This document shows, piece by piece, positions 34,511-43,066 of a stretch of DNA of 64,000 nt. This DNA is from a virus. Location of the stretch: positions 16,129-80,128 of IMG/VR virus record IMGVR_UViG_3300045988_064633. One strand, written 5' to 3'. Numbering within the stretch: the stretch's first letter is position 1; each line of letters opens with the position of its first letter. Position numbers and translations under genes: made by a program. A model generated the notes under the pieces. The model was not told where the DNA came from and did not search any database. It saw nothing but the letters and a program-made list of their open reading frames with translations.

Positions 34511-35611
34511 TTATTCCTCCTGTTTCATAAAATCTGGAATCTCTGGTTCTTTACCTGCTGCCGGAACTGGTTCCTTCTCAGCTGGCTGTACGGCTTCTGC
34601 AACTGTTGGCTGTTTTGGCTGTTCTTCGATTGCCATTGGTTCTGGAATGAATTCCTCTTTATTGGCATTCTGTTCGATCTCTTCCTGTACTTCCCTGTAT
34701 GTAGCGTCCATCGTGTTATATTCATATGCCTGTACCGGATTATCCCATTTCTTAGGAATAGACTTCATAATGTTGTTACGCATTTTACGAACAATCATAG
34801 ATTCTCTCGACTGCGTTTCGTAATAAGACGGTGAAATATATGGTCTTAATTCCTCACAATCAATAATTGCTTCCAGTTCCCCAATATCAGCAACCTTTTT
34901 CATGATTTCTTTTTTCTTTGCTTCAATCTGAGTTTTCTGTGCATCTGTAGCTTTGTATCTGTCTGCACAAATACCGAATGTTTCATTCTGAAGATTGTTC
35001 TTAATATGTGCTGCAAGATTCTTCAGTACGTCTGCTCTTTCGCATGAAAGGTATTCAACGTGACCATCTTTGTACTGAATTGGATATACCACGCGAATAA
35101 CTTTTCCAATTCCAGATTCTTCCCATTCCGGCGGTGTGATTTCTACACCTCTGTGTCTTGGTGGGATATACTTGTCACCCTCTCTTACTTTCCAATATGG
35201 AAATACTTTAGCCACATTGACACCATATCTACTTACAAGAGCATCGTTTCCGTCGCCCTCAATCGCAAATTCGATTTTCTTCTCCCACTGAGGTTTCTGC
35301 CCTTTTGCCGCTATGTTTACGTTTCTGATCTGGAAATAACATTCTCTCGGCTGTGCATTTGCGTTCAGCTTTAATGCTGCGACTTTACTCAGGATAAATT
35401 TAAGATTAGAACCGTTGATTGCTTCAAAACTCACACCGCTTTCATGTACCATCTGGAAAATAGATCCCATTGCTGCTACTACACAATCTTTTGAATATGA
35501 ATCAAATTCCATTCCTCTTGAAGTCAAATCTCTTTCCATTAAATCGACATACCGATTTGTGTAGTAGGAAAGCTGTGTGTTAAAATTTGCTACCTGTGTG
35601 TTTTCTGCCAT
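34511..35611 (-). CDS. Putative RecT-like single-strand annealing protein
   Basis: Position among SSB/ATPase genes, and ECYFQIRN ... IEFAIEGDGNDALVSRYG resembles the RecT core; acidic/Pro-rich tail. Confidence 0.45.
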   Translation of the reverse strand: MAENTQVANFNTQLSYYTNRYVDLMERDLTSRGMEFDSYSKDCVVAAMGSIFQMVHESGVSFEAINGSNLKFILSKVAALKLNANAQPRECYFQIRNVNIAAKGQKPQWEKKIEFAIEGDGNDALVSRYGVNVAKVFPYWKVREGDKYIPPRHRGVEITPPEWEESGIGKVIRVVYPIQYKDGHVEYLSCERADVLKNLAAHIKNNLQNETFGICADRYKATDAQKTQIEAKKKEIMKKVADIGELEAIIDCEELRPYISPSYYETQSRESMIVRKMRNNIMKSIPKKWDNPVQAYEYNTMDATYREVQEEIEQNANKEEFIPEPMAIEEQPKQPTVAEAVQPAEKEPVPAAGKEPEIPDFMKQEE

Positions 35612-36053
35612 TTTAATTCTCCTTTTCTTTTATTAATTAACTCATTTTTTGTTTGCATTTCTGTTCAGTTCTGCACTTCGCCAAAGCAAATCATAACCGA
35701 GCTACGCTCTGCCTATCCTTTGCTCATCTTCTCTACTCAGCACCATTGCTATACTTTACTTTTCTATTCCGTGCTTCGCCTATACGTATCTTTGCCCTGC
35801 CCTACTTCGCCAATGCGTTACATTTCTTTACAACACATTGCTCTGCTGCGCTTTTCCGCTACCTCACTATGCGAAACCTCTCTTTACTTTGCCAAAACGT
35901 ATCAACTCTTTTCAATTCCATAACTTTGCCCTTCTGCACCTCTCAGTACCACTCCGATACATTACTTTGCTACGCTTCGCCGAAGCAAATCATTACCCAG
36001 CAATTCTGCGCCTTTGCTTTGCCTATCATAACTACATTCAGCCATGCCGTAGC
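35612..36053. repeat. ORF-free block of degenerate same-orientation CTTYGCC repeats (block A)
   Basis: CTTCGCC at 35676, 35774, 35805, 35975; CTTTGCC at 35790, 35887, 35924, 36017. The 26-nt copies 35676-35701 and 35975-36000 match 23/26. The plus strand is pyrimidine-rich. Confidence 0.5.
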
Positions 36054-36650
36054 TTATTTTGTGATTTCAGTCCATTTGAAACGGCCTTTGCCTGAGTTTC
36101 GCCACTGACCAATGTCGTTAAACTCTCCATAATCAAGCCAGTCAATTACATATTTCATGAGTGAATCATCAAGTACTTTGATTGTGAATTCTACTGTTGA
36201 CCCTGCTGGTACTGTTTCACTGTCTGCCAAAGAGATTCTTTCGCCCTGTGCTGTCTGCGCTCTCAGTGGTCTCTGACAATCAGAAAGTTCTGTACCTTCT
36301 GGAAGAACAAACGGAATTTTGCGTTCGTTTACAAATACCAGTAAGTCAATTTTTTTCTTATAAGCTGCAAGTTTCTTTGCTCCACCGATATAGGAACTGG
36401 CCTGTGCAGCTGACTTAAAGAATCCTCTGATCTGGTAGTCCCAAAGGAACGGATTGCCGTTATCATCTTTCGGAAATACTGTTCGACCTTTTTCGACAAC
36501 TTCTTCAATTCCTAAAGCTTCAACTTCCTGTTCTCTGGAAGGTGCATCTGGTGCTTTTGATGCAATGAATTTCTCGTGAATATCTTTTTCTGCATTTGCG
36601 GTTCCCAGAACTTCCTCTAAAAATGTTAATCTGACTTTTAATTCTTTCAT
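36054..36650 (-). CDS. Conserved-looking hypothetical protein (198 aa)
   Basis: Good RBS GGAGGAATACGAG; motifs PFLWDYQIRGFFKSA and GQWRNSGKGRFKW; family not recognised. Confidence 0.6.
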   Translation of the reverse strand: MKELKVRLTFLEEVLGTANAEKDIHEKFIASKAPDAPSREQEVEALGIEEVVEKGRTVFPKDDNGNPFLWDYQIRGFFKSAAQASSYIGGAKKLAAYKKKIDLLVFVNERKIPFVLPEGTELSDCQRPLRAQTAQGERISLADSETVPAGSTVEFTIKVLDDSLMKYVIDWLDYGEFNDIGQWRNSGKGRFKWTEITK

Positions 36651-36952
36651 CTCGTATTCCTCCGATTTTTATATTTTGCTTAATGCTTTGCTTGTCACAG
36701 CCGTGCGTTTCCGTTGCTGTTCTTTGCCTCTCAGAGCCGTGCCGTTGCATCTCAAATCAGTGCTTAGCTATGCCTTTGCTTTACTCGGCTATTCTATTCT
36801 CAACGTTTCCATTGCATTTCATTTCTTCACGCTGCAGTTCAGTGCCTGTCTATTCCGTGGCATTTCATATCTGTTCTATGCATATCCCTTGCTTCGCTTC
36901 TCATTGCTTCGCTTTGCCGTTGCAAAGCTAACTATGCTAATCCTATTGCGTT
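36651..36952. repeat. ORF-free block of related degenerate repeats (block B)
   Basis: CTTTGCC at 36722 and 36912; GCTTCGCTTC at 36891. Repeated ttccattgcatttcat / ttccgtggcatttcat and agccgtgc..ccgttgc units. Shares vocabulary with block A. Confidence 0.5.
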
Positions 36953-37192
36953 TTAATCGCAATAACTTCTATTACAGAACGGGCAACTCGTAATCAACTG
37001 CCCTGCTGCACTTTCTACTGAGATGCCCTGTGTGTCATATCCGGTACGTGTCCGTCCTTTCTCGGAATAGATATTCTGGTGGCAAGACCAACAGATACCA
37101 TTGCCCGGTGCAAAACGTGGCAATATCTTTGTTTTACAATACCAATCCTGTGCTTTGATTGCTTCTGGAATGTTATATGTAGTTGTCGCCAT
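36953..37192 (-). CDS. Zinc-binding small protein
   Basis: CWSCHQ ... CPFCNRSYC. Confidence 0.5.
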   Translation of the reverse strand: MATTTYNIPEAIKAQDWYCKTKILPRFAPGNGICWSCHQNIYSEKGRTRTGYDTQGISVESAAGQLITSCPFCNRSYCD

Positions 37193-37193
37193 A

Positions 37194-39170
37194 TTAAATT
37201 CCCTCCACTTTTAATTCATCGTCGGAAACTTTAAGTAGAATCATCTGTCTGCCTGTATCTGGTATTCTGTCAGCATTCACACTTTCAACATCATCAACCC
37301 AAATTGGCAAGTTTAAGCCGTTCAATTCCTGCAATCCAGTCACGAGGTCAATATTGCATAGAATCTGATCGGAGTGATTCAATCCATCAAAATATCCGAT
37401 TCCGTCACAAATCATTTTACAAACTTCCACCGGCTCACCGTCCTGCGTATAGTCCAAAAATTGAAACTGAAAGTGCTTGAAAAGTGGATTGATAGCTTCT
37501 GCCAGTGCCTGATTTTTTTTGATGGAAAATTCTTTCAACATGTCAAGTTTCTGCTGAATATTGGAATCTTCCTGACCTAACTCTTTCTGTTCTGTGTTCA
37601 GCTGTTCAAGTGTTTCTGTCTGTTTCTGAACTGCCTGTTTTGCCATCTCAATTTTTATTTCGATTCCTGTAAGTTCCTTTTCAGCAGACATTCTTTCTGC
37701 CTGAACTGCTGCCTTTTCCTCAGAATTATTAGTCAGTCCGTCAAGCTGTTCCTGTTTCTTCTGGATTTCTGCTACAACTGCCTGATACTCTTCATTTCCA
37801 GACATATCTGGCTCTGCCGGAAGCTTCTCTAATTCCTGATTTTTCTGCGCAATCTCAGATGCCAGAGTGGAAATATTTTTCTTTGTCTGCTCAATCTGCG
37901 ATTCGATGTCTTTGCGCTTTTCCTCAACTTCTTTTCTTCTGGCTACTTCGGAATTGCCTTCTTCTGTAATGTCTTTAAGTTTCTGCTGTTTGTCTGCTTT
38001 AAACTGCTCTTTTTTCGCAAACTCTGCATGGATTCTTTCCTGTTTCTTCTGTTCAAATTCAGTTTTAAGACGTTCAACCTGTTCCTCCGGAAGTGCCTGT
38101 CCGCAGGTCGGGCAAATAGCTGATTCAGGATCAAATTTTTCATTCTGTATGGCATTTAAAGCTGTTTCATCAAATGTGGACGCATACGTCTGTTTATATT
38201 TCTCCTGCAAAACCGTAATTCTCTGCTGAATTCGTTCTGGTTTCTCAGCGGTCGCAAGGAAATTTCCCAGAATTCGGAGATTTTCTTCTTCATGTTTCTG
38301 CTTGAATCGCCTGTCATTTAATAAGGAAACGATTTTTCTCTTTTCTTCCTGTAATGCTTCTGCTGCATTTGAAATGATCGCATCTCTGGATTTCTTGAGA
38401 CCTGTAATCTCGTAGCAGAGCTCGTCATATGTTTTATTGGTTTCATTTAGCAGCTTTTCTTTTTCAAGAAGACCATTCAGTTTATCCAGCACGGCATTCT
38501 TCTTTTCTTCAAGAATGGTAAAATCTGGTGTTCCCTGTTTCTTTACGGTATCAATTTCAACCTTTTTGGCATCAATTTTCTTCTGGAAGTCTTTTTTGTC
38601 TCTATTGAGTTTTTTCACAACTTCCTCGACAGAATGATTCTTGATGATTTCCGAAACTTCTGGATTGTCCTGTAATACTTTATCCGCATTGAACCCTGCC
38701 ATCTTTTCAAGCATTACTCTGGCACTTGCTGTTGATTTTCGAAGTTCATTAAGGAATACTCTGGCATTACTACACATCATAATGGTTTCTGAGTCTGATA
38801 TTCCTTTTAAAAATTCCTTATACTTCGTCTGGTTGTAATCAAACCCATCAACCTGATATTTTGTGGTACTGGAAGATTTACCTTTCTTCGTTTCCTTACG
38901 GATCACGGTTTCCTCTCCATCAATCAGAAGTGTGAGTTCTCTTGATACGACACCCTCAACTTCTTCTCCGTCTTCTTTTCTTCTGACATTATTCGGAGAT
39001 GTACCGTCTGCAAGCTTTCCGGTCAGTGTATCAAAATATGCGTCCATCAACGTTGTTTTACCCTGACGGTTCCTACCGGACACCATCGTTCGTGGTGCAA
39101 ACTGATACTCCGCAGACTCAAACTTCTTGTAGTTTTCAATGTTAAGCTGTTTCAATTCTACTGTTTTCAT
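37194..39170 (-). CDS. SbcC/Rad50-like AAA ATPase with long coiled coil and CxxC hook
   Basis: Walker A GRNRQGKTT, ~400-aa coiled coil with central CPTCGQ, C-terminal ...PIWVDDVES Walker B-like. Confidence 0.8.
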   Translation of the reverse strand: MKTVELKQLNIENYKKFESAEYQFAPRTMVSGRNRQGKTTLMDAYFDTLTGKLADGTSPNNVRRKEDGEEVEGVVSRELTLLIDGEETVIRKETKKGKSSSTTKYQVDGFDYNQTKYKEFLKGISDSETIMMCSNARVFLNELRKSTASARVMLEKMAGFNADKVLQDNPEVSEIIKNHSVEEVVKKLNRDKKDFQKKIDAKKVEIDTVKKQGTPDFTILEEKKNAVLDKLNGLLEKEKLLNETNKTYDELCYEITGLKKSRDAIISNAAEALQEEKRKIVSLLNDRRFKQKHEEENLRILGNFLATAEKPERIQQRITVLQEKYKQTYASTFDETALNAIQNEKFDPESAICPTCGQALPEEQVERLKTEFEQKKQERIHAEFAKKEQFKADKQQKLKDITEEGNSEVARRKEVEEKRKDIESQIEQTKKNISTLASEIAQKNQELEKLPAEPDMSGNEEYQAVVAEIQKKQEQLDGLTNNSEEKAAVQAERMSAEKELTGIEIKIEMAKQAVQKQTETLEQLNTEQKELGQEDSNIQQKLDMLKEFSIKKNQALAEAINPLFKHFQFQFLDYTQDGEPVEVCKMICDGIGYFDGLNHSDQILCNIDLVTGLQELNGLNLPIWVDDVESVNADRIPDTGRQMILLKVSDDELKVEGI

Positions 39171-39784
39171 ACTGTTTTATCCTCCACCCAATAAGCCGAC
39201 ACTTCATAGGCTGTTTTCTTCTCGACCTGATTTCCGACTTTTTTGTTGTACTCTCTGCTCTGGATTCTTCCCTGTAAAATAATATGTGTGCCAGTTCCGC
39301 AGGTTCCCATGTATCTTGCATTTCTGCCCCAGCAGATGCATGGTATGTAATCAGATATGCCGTATGATCTATTTACCGCCAGAAGTACATCTGCAATCTC
39401 TCTTCCATTAGGTGTTGTTCTGTATACTGGTTTCTTGCAAGTAAAACCATCCAGAAGAATCTGATTAACTGGAAGTGCGTCTTTGTCCATGAATTTTGCT
39501 TCTCTTGCGAACACAAAAAGAAGTAATCTACTGTGATTTTCTTCGTGCTTATTGAACGATCTGAACTGCCCTTGAATTTCCATCATTTCTCCTGTATAGT
39601 TCTGTTTCACATCAATGAGTCTCTCAGAAACTACAACCGGAAGAACATCTTTCGTTCCGCTAAATCGTTCTACGCTAAGTTCGAATCGGTAAAATTTTTC
39701 ACCATATACTTCATGGCTAAATTCGAATTCTGTTTTAATTTCTCCAACCAGTGTTGTCTGATTGTTTTCCAAAAGCTTATTCAA
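39167..39784 (-). CDS. SSB-like protein with two OB-fold-like halves
   Basis: LVGEI...F.L.V.R and second half ADVLLAVNRSYGISDYIPCICWGRNARY...GRIQSREY resemble SSB/PriB-type OB folds. Confidence 0.55.
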   Translation of the reverse strand: MNKLLENNQTTLVGEIKTEFEFSHEVYGEKFYRFELSVERFSGTKDVLPVVVSERLIDVKQNYTGEMMEIQGQFRSFNKHEENHSRLLLFVFAREAKFMDKDALPVNQILLDGFTCKKPVYRTTPNGREIADVLLAVNRSYGISDYIPCICWGRNARYMGTCGTGTHIILQGRIQSREYNKKVGNQVEKKTAYEVSAYWVEDKTV

Positions 39785-39802
39785 TTCCGTTTACCCACCT
39801 TT

Positions 39803-39964
39803 CTAGCTGCATAAAATAGGAAGGGATACCATTGAAGATACCATTGCACTTATGCAGAGCAGCTCAAGTACATCCATTTTCGTCATCCCCCAGAGCAATA
39901 ATGCAATCGTGAAAAATGTTCCAACCTGTGCCATCACTCCGATAAAATACATTCTTTTTCTCAT
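39803..39964 (-). CDS. 53-aa two-TM membrane peptide
   Basis: MRKRMYFIGVMAQVGTFFTIALLLWGMTKMDVLELLCISAMVSSMVSLPILCS. Confidence 0.4.
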   Translation of the reverse strand: MRKRMYFIGVMAQVGTFFTIALLLWGMTKMDVLELLCISAMVSSMVSLPILCS

Positions 39965-39969
39965 ATCCC

Positions 39970-40131
39970 TCACTTCTTTCTTTTGGTTGTTGCTGTTGCA
40001 AGCAAAGCTATTGACAGCGCTACAACTGCGACTTCCAGACGTTTTGTTTTTGTTGCCTGATCTGCGATGATTTCGCTTGCAAGGCTCTGGTTTTTAGTTA
40101 CGTTTTCGGTGTTTTTTGTGATTTTAGACAT
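39970..40131 (-). CDS. 53-aa tail-anchored membrane peptide
   Basis: AGGAGGG RBS 9 nt upstream; ...RLEVAVVALSIALLATATTKRKK. Confidence 0.45.
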   Translation of the reverse strand: MSKITKNTENVTKNQSLASEIIADQATKTKRLEVAVVALSIALLATATTKRKK

Positions 40132-40261
40132 AAAAAATGCCCTCCTGGTATAAATTTTCTTTTCAAATACAGGAAGGTATGTTATACTTTACCTGTATTT
40201 AACTTACCCAATTAAGTTAGATACGTGCTCCGGTAGGTGTTGCTTCACCTCCGGGGCAACC

Positions 40262-40429
40262 TTAGTCTTTTTTCGGAATGTAGCTGATACCTAAAATTAA
40301 AGCTACATCTTTTTTGTCAATAAAATCTGAATTATCTGCATTCAGCATTGCTTCGAGTGCCGCTACTCTCCCTGCCAGAAAAGCAAATTCTTCTTCGAGA
40401 GTTTCTGCTTCGTAAGTGTTTTTATTCAT
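40262..40429 (-). CDS. Hypothetical 55-aa protein
   Basis: Untracked ORF MNKNTYEAETLEEEFAFLAGRVAALEAML... after GGGGAGGGG. Confidence 0.4.
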   Translation of the reverse strand: MNKNTYEAETLEEEFAFLAGRVAALEAMLNADNSDFIDKKDVALILGISYIPKKD

Positions 40430-40697
40430 CCTTTGCCCCTCCCCAGATTGACGACAATGCTAATCCCATAAGTTTTCCAAGTACTTCCGCTCGCATATTG
40501 GAAAGTTCCTTGTCAAGCTTATCTTCCGTCCAGAACCCAACGTCTACAGCCTTTCTGATAAGTTTATCTCCTGTTTCCTTTGGAATATCTTCTTCCTCAA
40601 AAGTCTCTCTCAACAATTTAATAATCATTGACAAATCAGTCATTAAAACTGTTGTACTTCCCTTTACCTCAACTGCTCCATCTTTACTTTTAATCAT
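40422..40697 (-). CDS. Hypothetical protein, tandem paralog A
   Basis: MIKSKDGAVEVKG... parallels MIKCEGGKVELEE... of the next gene; shared GxWTxxKxxxEL motif. Confidence 0.5.
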   Translation of the reverse strand: MIKSKDGAVEVKGSTTVLMTDLSMIIKLLRETFEEEDIPKETGDKLIRKAVDVGFWTEDKLDKELSNMRAEVLGKLMGLALSSIWGGAKDE

Positions 40698-40971
40698 TCT
40701 CTTTTCCTCCTTCAAAAATCTTTCTCCCCAATATTAATTCCGCAAACGTTCTAAGCGTTTCTGTCCTTAATCTGTCAAGTTCTTCTTGTATTTTTTCGTC
40801 TGTCCACAACCCCATCTGAGCTGATTCAGAAACAAGTTCATCGGCTTTTTCCTTGGAATATCCTTCTTTCACAAGGAAAACTCTTAGTCCCCTGCATATC
40901 GCGGTTAATTCAGAAAGCAACTTATTTGCATCTTCTTCTAATTCAACTTTCCCGCCTTCACATTTGATCAT
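40690..40971 (-). CDS. Hypothetical protein, tandem paralog B
   Basis: See the previous entry. Confidence 0.5.
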   Translation of the reverse strand: MIKCEGGKVELEEDANKLLSELTAICRGLRVFLVKEGYSKEKADELVSESAQMGLWTDEKIQEELDRLRTETLRTFAELILGRKIFEGGKEND

Positions 40972-40972
40972 T

Positions 40973-41122
40973 CTATTTTTCCTCCATTTCTCTTTTCAGT
41001 GTTTCGTACAGTTCCTTGTGAATCGGAGAATCTTCTGGAATCTCGCGAATTATTTCAATAATTTTGTCTTTTTTCTCCTGTAATGTCATATTCATAAACT
41101 CATTTATTTCTTCTTTTTTCAT
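40973..41122 (-). CDS. Hypothetical 49-aa protein
   Basis: Untracked ORF MKKEEINEFMNMTLQEKKDKIIEIIREIPEDSPIHKELYETLKREMEEK. Confidence 0.35.
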   Translation of the reverse strand: MKKEEINEFMNMTLQEKKDKIIEIIREIPEDSPIHKELYETLKREMEEK

Positions 41123-41138
41123 ACTGACTTCCTTTCTG

Positions 41139-41147
41139 TGGTATAAT
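41139..41147 (+). promoter_or_regulatory. Extended -10 promoter element TGgTATAAT
   Basis: ctgTGgTATAATct about 25 nt upstream of the 41172 start. Confidence 0.45.
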
Positions 41148-41171
41148 CTCCCTCGAAGGGAGGTGTGTATT

Positions 41172-41348
41172 ATGGATAAAGAACAAATAGTTCATGATTT
41201 AGCAATTACTTATGCAAAGTCCAAATTAAATGAATACATTTTTGACAGAAGAGAAGCTCCATTGGCCGGAAATACTTCTATGTCAAATGACGAAATTCAA
41301 TATTTAAAACGTGCATATGATTTTGCTATTCAGAATCTGTCGGATTAA
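41172..41348 (+). CDS. Hypothetical 58-aa protein on the opposite strand
   Basis: GAAGGGAGGTG RBS; convergent 23-nt overlap with 41326..41526. Confidence 0.45.
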   Translation: MDKEQIVHDLAITYAKSKLNEYIFDRREAPLAGNTSMSNDEIQYLKRAYDFAIQNLSD

Positions 41349-41526
41349 ACGCTCGTTTCCCGTATAAAGCGTTTTGAATTCCATCTGTAACGCATTCGGT
41401 AATTGTCTTCCCGTCAATATTTACCGTGTGCGTTACTTTTTTTGTTCTTGTAGGTACAATCTCTTTTCGAATGGCTTTAAGTTCTTCCAAAATCTGTTTG
41501 AGTAATGCATTTGTTTCTTCCGTCAT
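41326..41526 (-). CDS. Hypothetical 66-aa protein
   Basis: AAAGGAAGC RBS. Confidence 0.45.
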   Translation of the reverse strand: MTEETNALLKQILEELKAIRKEIVPTRTKKVTHTVNIDGKTITECVTDGIQNALYGKRAFNPTDSE

Positions 41527-41541
41527 ATTGCTTCCTTTCTG

Positions 41542-41570
41542 TTGAGTTTGGCTTCTTATCTCTTTATAAT
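41542..41570 (+). promoter_or_regulatory. Promoter TTGAGT-17-TATAAT
   Basis: ttgagt 41542-41547, 17-nt spacer, tataat 41565-41570. Confidence 0.6.
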
Positions 41571-41618
41571 GTAAGTACAGGCACTGCCATGCCTAGTAAA
41601 TCGAAAGGAGATAAAAGT

Positions 41619-41795
41619 TTGCTATTATTACCACATATAGATGGTTTTCATCAGTCCGGTGAAAAAGTTTCTGAAACATCAGTGTTTGTATGCAATAACT
41701 GTGGTTCTAAGAGAACTGTAAAGTCCGGTAAAACCATCCCTAAGTGTTCGAAATGTAACGATTATACCTATTGGTTCAAAATCGTAACGCTTTGA
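41619..41795 (+). CDS. Zinc-ribbon 58-aa protein (TTG start)
   Basis: AAAGGAG 8 nt before in-frame TTG; CNNCGS ... CSKC; convergent overlap with 41768..42043. Confidence 0.45.
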   Translation: MLLLPHIDGFHQSGEKVSETSVFVCNNCGSKRTVKSGKTIPKCSKCNDYTYWFKIVTL

Positions 41796-42043
41796 TCACT
41801 TTCGATTTCATTGAACATTGTTTCCAGGTGGTATTCATCTTTCAAATCGCTGTTTGCATAATCGATGGATTTCACTTGGAAACAGATGTTTGCACCGCTT
41901 TGAGTGTTGAACACTTTCACATATTTCTTTCCATTTCTCGCAAAGCACATTACCCGCGTGTTATCCGGAATTCTTACAATCTGCGGTGCGAATAATCTTT
42001 TTAAAAATTGCTTTAGCACATTTATGGCTCCTTTCTCAATCAC
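41768..42043 (-). CDS. Hypothetical protein
   Basis: 91-aa ORF. Confidence 0.45.
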   Translation of the reverse strand: MIEKGAINVLKQFLKRLFAPQIVRIPDNTRVMCFARNGKKYVKVFNTQSGANICFQVKSIDYANSDLKDEYHLETMFNEIESDQSVTILNQ

Positions 42044-42797
42044 CGTCTGCTTTTTCAGTTTCCTGTCCCAGAAACTTATTCACGAAATACAACTGTCCCT
42101 TTCCGCTAACTTTTGTCGTGCGTGTGATTCTTACTGAACCATCTGGATTCTGAACGTTAGATTCTTTGATTTCAAATAATCCCTGCTCAACGTATTTCTG
42201 TTTTGGCATATTTCGTGAACTTCCAGAAACCATCAGATAGCCATTGTCTCTCATCCACTGGAACAATCGTTTCTGTCCTATCTGGTATCCGTTCTGACAG
42301 ATAAGTTTTGCCAAGTCACCGATAAGAATTGATGTATGACTTGCGGATACAGCATCTGCGAAAATTGTTTTCGGTCTATCAGCTTCAATTTTCTCCGCAA
42401 GAGACTTATTTGTATCTTTCAACTTCGCAATCGTCTGGTCTGCCATCTTCAATGCTCTGGCAAAAACCTGTTCTGGTGTGTTCCATGCTTTTTCGAGGTC
42501 GATGAGATACTGTCGGCATTCTTTTCCTTTTTCAGTTCTACTCATAAGGCAAATGTGTTTTGCCATATCTACTGATAATGAATAGTCTTGTATTTCCTGT
42601 TCGCCGCCGTGTTGGTTGCCCTGTACCTTTAGGTACGCCCCTCTGTAATCCTCATTTTCAATAAATCCCTGAGAGTTTGTCTCAAACCATGCTGAAAATC
42701 TCTTACTGATTTCAAGAGATTTATGTAGTTCTCTAGCTGACACTGTCGGTTGCTCGCCATCATAATTGATTGTCATTAACTGTTCCGTGGTTATCAC
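42036..42797 (-). CDS. Phage antirepressor (AntA/ANT N-terminal plus KilAC C-terminal domain)
   Basis: VSARELHKSLEISKRFSAWFETN... and C-terminal TSILIGDLAKLICQNGYQIGQKRLFQWMRDNGYL. Confidence 0.8.
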   Translation of the reverse strand: MITTEQLMTINYDGEQPTVSARELHKSLEISKRFSAWFETNSQGFIENEDYRGAYLKVQGNQHGGEQEIQDYSLSVDMAKHICLMSRTEKGKECRQYLIDLEKAWNTPEQVFARALKMADQTIAKLKDTNKSLAEKIEADRPKTIFADAVSASHTSILIGDLAKLICQNGYQIGQKRLFQWMRDNGYLMVSGSSRNMPKQKYVEQGLFEIKESNVQNPDGSVRITRTTKVSGKGQLYFVNKFLGQETEKADGD

Positions 42798-42805
42798 ATC
42801 CTCTC

Positions 42806-42967
42806 TTAATCACTATTCTTAATCTCCATTACATCTTTCCGCGAATTACTTTCAACGGTATCAGCAACGCCGTTCATATATCCCAGAATATAATGTTTTT
42901 TATCTTCTGGAAGTTTATTGATTCGTGTTGTTACATCTCTAATAAGTTGTCTCTTTTCCTCCGACAT
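42806..42967 (-). CDS. First gene of the leftward early operon (53 aa, function unknown)
   Basis: AGGAGGTGA RBS; directly downstream of the leftward promoter. Confidence 0.5.
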   Translation of the reverse strand: MSEEKRQLIRDVTTRINKLPEDKKHYILGYMNGVADTVESNSRKDVMEIKNSD

Positions 42968-43003
42968 TTTCTCACCTCCTGTTTCTTGTTACGTTGTAAA
43001 TGT

Positions 43004-43032
43004 ATAATAGCACATCCTCAACGCATTGTCAA
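43004..43032 (-). promoter_or_regulatory. Leftward early promoter TTGACA-17-TATTAT
   Basis: Minus strand: TTGACA (43032-43027), 17 nt, TATTAT (43009-43004). Confidence 0.6.
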
Positions 43033-43049
43033 CGTATTTTTTATTTTTT

Positions 43050-43066
43050 ATGCGTTGACAACGCAT
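43050..43066. promoter_or_regulatory. 17-bp palindromic operator ATGCGTTGaCAACGCAT
   Basis: Perfect palindrome overlapping the rightward -35; half-site CAACGCAT recurs at 43019-43026 and CAACGTA at 43030-43036 over the leftward promoter. Confidence 0.5.

Noticed and set aside
35653-36993. Long plus-strand ORFs 35653..36108, 35720..35923, 35838..36095, 36676..36993 and 36683..36931. I also considered whether the repeats form a CRISPR array.
   Set aside because: The ORFs exist only because the plus strand is purine-poor, so stops are rare. Their products are repetitive Phe/Leu/Cys/His strings. The repeats are short, degenerate and irregularly spaced, without unique spacers, so this is not a CRISPR array.
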